A stretch of 62,869 bases of DNA, the filler included, from Lenisia limosa (lineage: Eukaryota; Protista; Breviatea), in the NCBI GenBank assembly GCA_001655205.1. It is 11 parts of 11 records of this genome, joined end to end, with 100 filler letters (N's around TTAATTAATTAA, not from the genome) between each part and the next. Parts side by side here need not be neighbours in the genome. Positions count along the whole stretch, not along the records: positions 27,311 to 40,890 come from LPNZ01010521.1; positions 40,991 to 42,709 come from LPNZ01009542.1; positions 42,810 to 45,151 come from LPNZ01009651.1; positions 45,252 to 48,656 come from LPNZ01010006.1; positions 48,757 to 51,006 come from LPNZ01003064.1; 6 more parts are not named here. The stretch is one strand, 5' to 3'. Positions 39,001 through 48,913 of the stretch are shown one piece after another. Made by a program: the position numbers and the translations under genes. The notes beneath the pieces were generated by a model, which searched no databases, was not told where the DNA came from, and saw only the letters and a list, made by a program, of their open reading frames with translations. The number at the start of each line of letters is the position of its first letter. The first letter of the stretch is position 1.

Positions 39001-39860
39001 TGGGGTAATGTGGTATGGGGGTATGGGGTCAAGGCTCAGAATTGAAGAATACTGTATATATTTGACGACCACCCCAAAGACCGCATTATCTTATTGACCA
39101 TTGTAATTTAGTGAAAACTTACCTGGTCATCAATGGGAGAATCTGTCGGGACGTACATTGGTCGATTCACATCAGCACCACTGTGAATGAGGTACTTTAA
39201 GATATCAACTTTGTTAAAGAGCAGAGCTTTGTGTAGAGGGGACGCCATCTGTTGGATGTGGGTTGGTGACGTGAAAGGTAAAGTTAAAAATAGGAAAAAT
39301 ATGATCATTATCTTCTGCATTGGTTCCTGTCTTCTCTTTGGTAATGTTACTATATTCTCAAATATTGCTCAAAAAAAAACAGCTGTTTTGTTTTGGGTTG
39401 GTAACTCTTTCTCCAGGAAAACTAATATGACACATTTCCCAACATACACTACCAGGAAAATTCTTGTTAACATCAGCATGCATCAGCTGCACAAGGTGCT
39501 CTACCAGAGCTAAATGCCCGTACTGGATAGCAAGCTGAAGTAACTTTATCACCTTGAGGGTTATGCCTAGGGCTTACCCAGTGTCCAAAAAGAACAGTAA
39601 AAAATCGAGGATTTACACAAGTGATATCATAAAGGAAATATGCTTCTCACTAATATGAATTGTATCCATGATAATTACAGTAAATATGTATCACTATTAT
39701 CAGACCAAAGTTTGGTTCGATTCCAAGCCGGAGGAAGCACAATCAATCCCAATCATTTTCACAGGAAAATCAAGACATTTCTTGATGAACTCTCCTTCTG
39801 ACCCTTGTATAACGACGTTTACTAAGTCGTCCATGGCTTTGCTGATCTGAAGCCGGTGAT
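36063..39860 (-). CDS. Ankyrin-repeat protein, multi-exon, ends uncertain
   Basis: LQLAIQYGHLALVEHLVQLMHADVN, SPLHKALLFNKVDILKYLIHSGADVN, GRAALFYACEQGDLELVDKLIQSGADVNAQ, FPLEYAVL, SPLHVLCAG...YLLDNGA, GETPIQILC...LIRSGADL. Confidence 0.85.
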
Positions 39861-40665
39861 TGAAAAAATAGTTTTTGATGGGTCATACATTGACTGGGAA
39901 AAGTCTTGACCGATTTTCCTTGGCAATCCTTTCTCAAATCGGTCAAGACTTATCCCGGTCACTGGAAATATATGACTACGGAAATTAATTAGTTATATTT
40001 ACACCCTTTGTTTATGATACGCGGTTTCAATCTTAAGGTAAGCATATCAACAAGTATTCCCTATTTCAATCATAACAAACTCATCACATCCTTTCAGATT
40101 ATCAGCTGCAAGTTTTACGTTAAGTATACTTGATATTTCCCAAGGCAAGACTTCTACTGGTCATTGTCGTCCACATTATTATATTTGACAGAAAACAAAA
40201 ACAAAAACAAGTCCATAAACAGAAGCTCTTCATAGAAAACGAGTAAAGATGGAATAGACGAGATTTAAGTGTTGTTATTGTAGATAAACCACTCCATTAC
40301 TAACTAACACACTCAAAAGCTCAACAACCCCCCCCCCCCNNNNNNNNNNNNNNNNNNNNNNNNNNNNNNNNNNNNNNNNNNNNNNNNNNNNNNNNNNNNN
40401 NNNNTTATTTAATGATGTCTGACCAACGTCTCCAGGTCTAAATGGTGTGAACTTGTTTGGTATATCCGCAACCCTCTGAGTCGCCCAGGTCTTACTACCC
40501 GACGGTCGCTCGCGCCAAGGTAGCCTCTGATTGCAGAGGGATCAGCAATCAGGTTTGAAAGTGGGACCGAACCAGAATTCGAAATAAGAACCCCAAAAAT
40601 TCCAACTAGGATTTTTTTAGGTTAATTTACAGTCATTTTAGGTTAATTTTTACGCCTCCTGCTGT

Positions 40666-40872
40666 AATTCTACTCCACTTACTTCAACCCTCCAAGAAAT
40701 AAATAGCAGTACGAATAATAAGGTGTACTTTCATGTTACAGTACTACTGAATAAGAAAGTACTACTTGTATTCGCCGCATACATGATGACAGACTTCTGT
40801 GCATGTTTCTCAGTCATTAAAAAAGATGTTGAAGCCTTGAGATTGGAGGGTTGAAGTAAGTGTGGTAGAATT
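40666..40872. mobile_element. MITE-like element with ~30-bp terminal inverted repeats (single copy here)
   Basis: aattctactccacttacttcaaccctccaa (40666-40695) versus the reverse complement of ttggagggttgaagtaagtgtggtagaatt (40843-40872), 2 mismatches. Confidence 0.5.
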
Positions 40873-43204
40873 TATCTAGCTTTAGTAGTANNNNNNNNNN
40901 NNNNNNNNNNNNNNNNNNNNNNNNNNNNNNNNNNTTAATTAATTAANNNNNNNNNNNNNNNNNNNNNNNNNNNNNNNNNNNNNNNNNNNNAGGTTGGTGT
41001 TCGCACTCAGGGGGTACGACTTACATATATCTCACTTTTGTAATTTTTCAAATAGACATGTTGAATTGGATACATTGTTATACATCTGACTCTCTAGGTA
41101 AGCGGTAATGGCTTCTGACTGCTGCCGTCAGTATGTTGTCAGAGATGCAACCTCTTAGTCACTGTATTTATTTCCTTTATTCAAAGTGGTATACTCATAG
41201 GTTGATGTTGTTTTAAACCATAATATGATTACCATAGACTGATTATTGGGAAATCGTGGCTGTGGAGGAGGGTCACAAGGCTAAATTTTACCAGTTCAGA
41301 AGCGCCACATTGGAAAATTGCAACTATGAATTATCGCTGGATGAGTCTTGCTGCACTGCTAGGGCTTCACTTCGGTTCGCAAAAAGACCGGTAAAATATG
41401 AATAGTTTTCGAGTATTTATCGAGAAATTCAGTCTATTTCCGAAATGAAGCCATATGTACTGCACTCCAACTACTCTTTGATGTATTTCAGCCGCCCATG
41501 TTCGTGGTTTATGTACCAGTGTGAATTTGAATGCCCTTGCATTAATAGGGGGAAACAATCGCAACGAATAATAACATAAATTGACAAATAGCTGGGGAAA
41601 GGTACATTAAGAGATACATTTGAAAATATGGAAATTTATTTTGAGAAAGATTATCGATATGAANNNNNNNNNNNNNNNNNNNNNNNNNNNNNNNNNNNNN
41701 NNNNNNNNNNNNNNNNNNNNNNNNNNNNNNNNNNNNNNNNNNNNNNNNNNNNNNNNNNNNNNNNNNNNNNNNNNNNNNNNNNNNNNNNNNNNNNNNNNNN
41801 NNNNNNNNNNNNNNNNNNNNNNNNNNNNNNNNNNNNNNNNNNNNNNNNNNNNNNNNNNNNNNNNNNNNNNNNNNNNNNNNNNNNNGAAAAAAAATCAAGT
41901 GTTTAGAATAATAGAGATATGTAGCGTATAGGCGCATATGCCCCTGCACATATAAATGAAGATATGTTCAACATGCTGATATGTGCATATGATATGATAT
42001 TCATGCAGCTAAGCACATACAGGTAGATTCATATCATATTGTAAATACCATTTACATCCTTCTATACCTTAATTTCGCCAGGGCTCAGGGTGCCCTGTGA
42101 GGGGTGGAAATGGAAAACTGACTCATTTGGCTTCTATTAAAAATGAAAAGTGAACAATCATCTGAAAGGTAACAATTATCCAAAACAAAAGTGAACAAAA
42201 CACGGCGTTCGTGACAAAAAGCAAAATGCTACATGAATAGAAAGGTTATTATCCCCCCCCCCCCACAAGGTCACAGGAGACGTTGAAGGTAACCGGTATG
42301 GGACTAACACTTCTNNNNNNNNNNNNNNNNNNNNNNNNNNNNNNNNNNNNNNNNNNNNNNNNNNNNNNNNNNNNNNNNNNNNNNNNNNNNNNNNNNNNNN
42401 NNNNNNNNNNNNNNNNGTACAAGGGGTGCTAAGCGCTGTGGGGGGGGGGGTAAAGAGGAAAATTTATGAAACAAAAAAAAAAGCCCAAATTAACTCTGTA
42501 GATCCTTTACAGCTCCCTGGTATCAAAGTAAAAAAAAACCGCACCTGCTCAGAAGGCGGGCAGATTCCGCAGTCCACGTCACGGTTAATGATATCGACAC
42601 ACGGCCCGTTGAAAGCCGTGAGAGAAAGACGGCCGAGAGGCACGCCGAAAACCGAGCGTAACCGCAGGAATCCTGTGATTTTCTGTGTTTGCTGCGGGGG
42701 GGGGGGGGGNNNNNNNNNNNNNNNNNNNNNNNNNNNNNNNNNNNNNNNNNNNNTTAATTAATTAANNNNNNNNNNNNNNNNNNNNNNNNNNNNNNNNNNN
42801 NNNNNNNNNGTGCGTGTGTGCGTGTGTGCGTGTGTGCGTGTGAATTACCCACGTAGAATACAGCCCTGAATTAACCATCCCTCACTTGCAATCAGTTGAA
42901 CAGGGATTGGCAGGGGTGGTGTACTTCAGGCATCTTGTGTTATAGGGGTCTCCGTACTGAAAAACGTAAAATTTAAAAAAAACGTGGAACTAATACAAAA
43001 AAAACACTTGGTGGTGCTAATAAATACCTGAAATTTAATGAAAATGTGGTTTCATCATATTAATAATAACAAGAATAAGAAAACGTGATAAAGTCAAATT
43101 TTGCTAAAAACAGAAATTAGGGTGAAACTGAGAAATTTTCAGATAAAAAATGAGTAAAATAATAAAATATAAAAAATGAGTGAAATGAAAAAATTGAATA
43201 CATC

Positions 43205-45105
43205 CCCCTGACGGTGCCAACAGGACACGTACACGTGTAAATGGAATCATGGTCGTTTTCACAGACCGCTCCGGNNNNNNNNNNNNNNNNNNNNNNNNNN
43301 NNNNNNNNNNNNNNNNNNNNNNNNNNNNNNNNNNNNNNNNNNNNNNNNNNNNNNNNNNNNNNNNAAACTCCAAACAAACAAAAAACAACCAATAACACAC
43401 ACGAGCAAGTTAAATTATGCATCGTAAAAAAGGACAATTTATGTGACTTCCAGACTGAGTTCGAGCTTGAGAGGCTTTCAGCTATTATCCAACGCAGGAG
43501 CACCCCCTCCATCCCTATCAAACTTTTAAATGTATTTATTGTCATTTATTGTCAACCCCCACATAACCACCACATATGTATTTATTTACTTCCTTAGATT
43601 TAATTACTATATTTTTCTCCTGCTCAAAAAAAAACCATAAACCGCCCATACGGTCATCAAGGCCGCAGTGATCTCTCATTTCGCACTTTCCGCCGTTTTG
43701 AACGTAGTGTGCTTCACACCCAAGTACAACTTCGCCGACACCTGTTGCGTGTTAACGACGAGCGTGTTAACGACGATGATGATGTTGTTGATGATGGTGA
43801 TAATACTACTCCTTTAAAAATATTAAAACAATAAAATAAAACCCTGGGGCTCCCCCCACCCTCATGACAGGTCAGGCCTGGGCGGAGGTCAGGGTTGAGG
43901 TAGCGATCACAGAGGTTTCGCGATTCGCAGTAGGAATAACCTAAAGGGGAGGTGGGGAGATTAACTTTTCCTTCGAATTTGTTGTGGAGGGAGGAATAAA
44001 TAATCTAGCGAATTTTTGAATTCTTGTGCGAGGGGGGACAAAATCAACTCTGTTGTACAATTGGAAAATTTATGAAATAAAAAAAGCCCAAAACCAACTC
44101 TGTTGGCTGACAACACAATAGGGCTGATAACAACAAAAACAAACAAAGCCCATCACTTTAGCGTACGACATGGATTGATAGGGGAGAAAATTTGGGATAT
44201 TGAGACGTACTCACGAAATCCCAACGAAAAGTCCTAGGAACCTACCATCACCAGTAGAACGAGGGGGACAAGAGCAACGGTAGGTCTGGTTCTCGTACTA
44301 GGGAAATTAACCTTAGTTTTGTAGAAATGTGAAACAGATAAAAAAAATGTGAGCATATATATCTGACATTTATAATATTCTAGTAATATCATTTGTTATT
44401 GATAAAATAAACTAAAAACAAACCAAAAAAAAAACAAGATTCCCCCACATCAGTGCAGGTGGCACCCTCTCCTTGGCAAGGGTTGGAGCTGCACCCAGAA
44501 AGAGGCAATTGGCACGTACCGTCCTTCAATAGAAGAGGGGGAGTGCAAACACCTGTGGAGTGTTAGAATTTTGTAATTGGAGCATCTGGTTGTAACTCCC
44601 ATGGTGGAATGTCAGAATATCACTCATAAACACTGTTAGATTGAATTATAGTTCACCCAATCATTTGCCTTACAACTCTGTGCACACAGCTTTCTGCGTG
44701 CCTCCCCAGCCCCCCTCCCCCCGCCCACAATAGTAGCTGCCAATGGTATTGACGCAAGTGGACTGGTCGGGGCAAGTGTAATTGCCAGTTTTGCATTCGT
44801 CAATATCAATGCAATCGTAGTCGTTTTCGTCCTTCTCGAAGCCTGGCTCACTGCATTGGCGGTAAAACGAAGGGAAAATACGGAAATTCATGACACAAAA
44901 TATGGGGTTGCTGATGGTGTATTTTTGATTCAGGGAGTTGCATGGAGCAATTAAGGGGGAGAGAGGGAACAAAATTTCGATGAAGAATATTGACGTAAAA
45001 GTACAATCACTAACCGAATAATCTGAACAAAGTTAAAAAATAAAAGGTCAATACTTGCAACCATAGACGTTTTTGTACACAATCGTTACAATACCGCCAC
45101 CTTCC
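43205..45105 (-). CDS. EGF-repeat (including calcium-binding EGF) extracellular protein, internal fragment
   Basis: [40 protein letters not shown]|CVC..., [16 protein letters not shown]|[17 protein letters not shown]|GYSYCE..., [23 protein letters not shown] and C.NTIGSY.C are the cbEGF consensus. Confidence 0.88.
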
Positions 45106-45328
45106 CGTCGTATGTGGAATTGAGAACCCCCCTCTCCCGTACGATCTGATTNNNNNNNNNNNNNNNNNNNNNNNNNNNNNNNNNNNNNNNNNNNNTTAAT
45201 TAATTAANNNNNNNNNNNNNNNNNNNNNNNNNNNNNNNNNNNNNNNNNNNNTACTAGCATACACGCAAAGGCATGGTATACCTTCAAGGAAAATTCATCT
45301 CATGTCATATGTTTTATTGTCCTTTCAG

Positions 45329-48300
45329 GAAAGTTGGAATTGAGACGATTCTCCCCGCCTCACTTGCACGTCGCTGCATGCCACCAACGTGGGTGATGAA
45401 TGGGTGTTTCAGTGGATGTTATTTTATGAGCATCAAATTAAAAGAAGTAGTAATTATTATCACATCGTTCAAATCCCCTTGCTCATCTAATATCATTATC
45501 AATTGAAAACGTGATTGTGAACCGCATTACGTCTCTGATCAGCCCCCCCCCCCCNNNNNNNNNNNNNNNNNNNNNNNNNNNNNNNNNNNNNNNNNNNNNN
45601 NNNNNNNNNNNNNNNNNNNNNNNNNNNNNNNNNNNNNNNNNNNNNNNNTGTAGATACTGGGAACGACTGATCTTTGAGGAGTACTCCCAGCACACCGGAA
45701 CTGACGTAAGCTCTTCGGTGATTTTGTGCTATCACGCAAAAATTTCTCATGCTTTTTCTCATTTTGCAAAGTCTTTTTTCGAACCAAAGTGAAGCCTATA
45801 AGTTATTGCATCCTCCAAACTTTACCTCAGCTTTATTGTTGCAGTTCACGCTTTATGGAGGGTTATATTATGATATCTCTTTTAGTGACGGCTTTAACCA
45901 GATACAGCTAGTTTTATTTCTACATACAGGGACCATGATAAGTCTTGAACGATTTTCCTTGGGGAATCAAAGAGGAAATCGGTCCAAGATTTATCACTGT
46001 CACTGTATATGTGATATTGTATCATTCATCAAACACTGGCCTGGGCTTTGTTTGTTTTGTTCTTCTCAACCCTCATGTGTTGTCAGCCAACAGAGTTGAT
46101 TTTGGGCTTTTTTTTTTGTTTCATAAATTATTCAATTTTACTCCCTCAATACCATTCCAACACCCCCTTACGAAATAGAAGCAATCGGCCGAGAGCCTCT
46201 TCATATCGGATGTGAAGTCCCTGCCATACTGCGGTTTAACCTGGTTCCCTGTTGAGATGGTGGGGGTGGGGGTAAAGGCGTGTTATTGGAGTGTCTGGCG
46301 TATTTGATTATTTTTATTTTTTTGCGTTAAACTGTCTGTCCGCCTGTGGGCAAAAATCGTATAAATGTGTCAAAAAAAACCAGCTTTAATCACCACAGTT
46401 GATTCATAGTGTTTTTTGTAAGAGAGCTGATTCATAGTTGTTTTTGTTTTTTTGTTGAGAGTTTTTATGAGAATTTCCATTTTTACATCGTAGGAGAACC
46501 ACGGCGAGGTACACGTGTCCATTTGTCCAACCGGAGTGGCTGTTTGCCTTGACGGCAAGACTCCTGAGGTGGGCGAGTGTTTTTTGTTTAGCAGTAAAGT
46601 CTCTATTGACACTTGGATCATTAAGATCCGTAAGTATACAATGTACAACAATAAGTCTGTTGTCTGGAAGAAACAATAATTTATTTTGCAGAAAACTTGA
46701 TACTGAAGCTAGATCCTTAAGATCCAATGCTTAGTCTACAACAAAAAAAAAACATCCAAAAGAGCACAACAGAAACAGGAGAACTTAGATAGACCGGTAA
46801 GTTTCCTGCAGATTGAAAAGAGAATAAATTTTGTGCCCGATAAAAATACGGGGAAATTTTCACAATTGTCATAAATCTCTGTCTAGTGTCGTCAATAAAA
46901 TTCATTCAGTTTTGTTTATCTAGCCTGGTTAGCTCAGCTGGTAGAGCGTGCGGCTTTTAACCGTACGGCCGTGGGTTCGAGNNNNNNNNNNNNNNNNNNN
47001 NNNNNNNNNNNNNNNNNNNNNNNNNNNNNNNNNNNNNNNNNNNNNNNNNNNNNNNNNNNNNNNNNNNNNNNNNNNNNTGTAAGTAATGACATTGATATCA
47101 ATACCAAATAATAGTATGAATATATCATCATGCAACATATAACAATAACATACTTTCTCTGTTAGCAGACGCATGTTCAATATCTTTGATTTCAACCCCA
47201 TCAAAGCGTTTCCCAAAGCATGTTCTTCCGTGATAGAATTTGGCGAGGTATAGGTCAAATGCTTTGCGGAAAGCTTCAGTTGCCCCGTTAGTTTTACTAG
47301 TAACTGTAAGAAAGTCTTCGAAGGACGAGTATCCACTTGTAACAACCGCAGCACCAAATGCTTCCTCGTAGGAATCAAGCTGTGCCTGTGTAAAGATCGC
47401 TTTTGGCGATGGGACAATTTCTTTAAGAACCATCGAACCAGCTTTGTTTCCAATGTCTGAAACAACTCCAACAGCCATACTACTTTCAAGAAAGAAGTTG
47501 GGCTGGACTGTAAATCCCAAATCCAGGTTTGATCTGTTTGTTTTTTTGGTTACAGACCAGAAATTTCATTCAAAGAAATGACACACTGAAACCACACTGA
47601 TAGTTTTTGAAATCAACCGATAACCCAACACATTATAATCTTTATAACCCCCTCCCACCTCAAAAGACGTAATACAAACCAAGGAATACAAACAGCCTAC
47701 TTTCCTCACAGCTTCGTTTCAACAAGTGGGACTGTGCCAACTGTGAGCCACAGTACAGCAAACTCCGCAGAATTTGCCCACCTGGACAAAGAGCCCAACT
47801 CCCTTCTTGATTACCATTTGTTCTTCATAATCTTCTACTATTGGTGCCTCAATAGCTTTATCTTTCAGAAGCTCTTTTTGTCCAATGAGCAAAGTGAACA
47901 CTGAAAAGGTCCCTTAGTGGCCTTGCCCAACACTTGCCTGATGGTTATTGATTTGTTTTATTTATTTCTCAAATTCCCTTTTTTGTATTTTTCCTTTTTC
48001 CTTTTGTTTTTCCCTAAATGTAGACATGAGAAATAAACAAGGGAGTGTCTGGTCGTTTATAAGAGATGGAATATAGTATTACTTCTCCACTCCACCACTG
48101 CCTTATAACTCTGTGCACACCTTTTTTGCCAATTCCTCATCAATAGCTAGTTGGTTCGGAACTGCTTGATAGTTTTTTTTTCTTTCTTATCTCTTAATTC
48201 TGTTTTATTTATAATTACTGTGCTTTTGTTTTGTTTTGTTTTGTTTTGTTCAGAAAATTTTCCATTTTTACTCTCTCTCTCCCCACTCAGCCGCTTTGTT

Positions 48301-48476
48301 TGTTTTGTTGTTCAACTCCTGTGTTATCTAGCCAGCAGAGTTGATTTGGGTTTTTTATTTTTGTTAGACTTTCCATTTTTACCCCCCCCCCCCAGATCTA
48401 TCCCATGGATGGCGTATCTTCCTGGCATTATGACGATTGTTCTCTCACCATTGGAGTGTCTGATCGGGCTTCTGAG
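45329..48476 (+). CDS. FERM-domain protein, internal fragment (F2-F3 lobes)
   Basis: ILPASLARRCMPPT|YWERLIFEEYSQHTGTD|KQSAESLFISDVKSLPYCGLTWFPVEM|ENHGEVHVSICPTGVAVCLDGKTPE|IYPMDGVSSWHYDDCSLTIGV. Matches the FERM pattern W...I...Y..H.G....AE..F...VK.LPY.G.T.F.V; phases consistent. Confidence 0.8.
46923..46981 (+). tRNA. tRNA-Lys(UUU), 3' end lost in gap
   Basis: GCCTGGTTAGCTCAGCTGGTAGAGCG-TGCGG-CT-TTT-AA-CCGTA-CGGCCGTGGGTTCGAG: A box, anticodon stem-loop with TTT, T-loop GTTCGA. Confidence 0.92.
47150..47900 (-). CDS. Putative spliced antisense coding sequence nested in a FERM intron, unknown product
   Basis: Exon after tttacag acceptor: QPNFFLESSMAVGVVSDIG...GYSSFEDFL...EAFRKAFDLYLAKFYHGRTCFGKRFDG...ANRE|gtatgt. 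A phase-compatible upstream exon ends LLKRSCEE|gtaggc. No family recognised. Confidence 0.4.
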
Positions 48477-48913
48477 GTTGGGTGTGTAATGAGTGTCTGA
48501 TCGGGCTTCTGAGGTTGGGTGTTTAATGCGTATGATATTAAGTATTTTTTTTTTCTATATAATATTATTATGGTATATTATATATATCATATAGTATGTG
48601 AGCCACAGTACAGCAAACTCCGCAGAATTTGCCCACCTGGACAAAGAGCCCAACTCNNNNNNNNNNNNNNNNNNNNNNNNNNNNNNNNNNNNNNNNNNNN
48701 TTAATTAATTAANNNNNNNNNNNNNNNNNNNNNNNNNNNNNNNNNNNNNNNNNNNNATATGTACACAGTGACCGGGATAGGTCTTGACCTATTTAATATG
48801 ATTTCCCAAGGAAAACAAGTCAAGACGTATCCCGGTCACTGTTTCTCTCACGCGATATCCTACCTCCCCCATGATTTAACGTCACCCCCTCCTTCTCTCT
48901 CTGTAACCACACC

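Noticed and set aside
40405-40610. GC-richer segment considered as a possible snRNA or structured ncRNA
   Set aside because: No U1/U2/U4/U5/U6, SRP or RNase P hallmark recognised. An open minus-strand frame suggests an unassigned exon, but support is too weak to call.
46929-47489. 186-aa minus-strand ORF spanning the tRNA
   Set aside because: It crosses an N gap and overlaps the tRNA and a more protein-like frame; probably a shadow ORF.
48597-48656. Exact 60-nt copy of 47742-47800 at a contig end
   Set aside because: Perfect identity, an abrupt start and position at the contig edge suggest a mis-joined read. It cannot be distinguished from a repeat end without reads.
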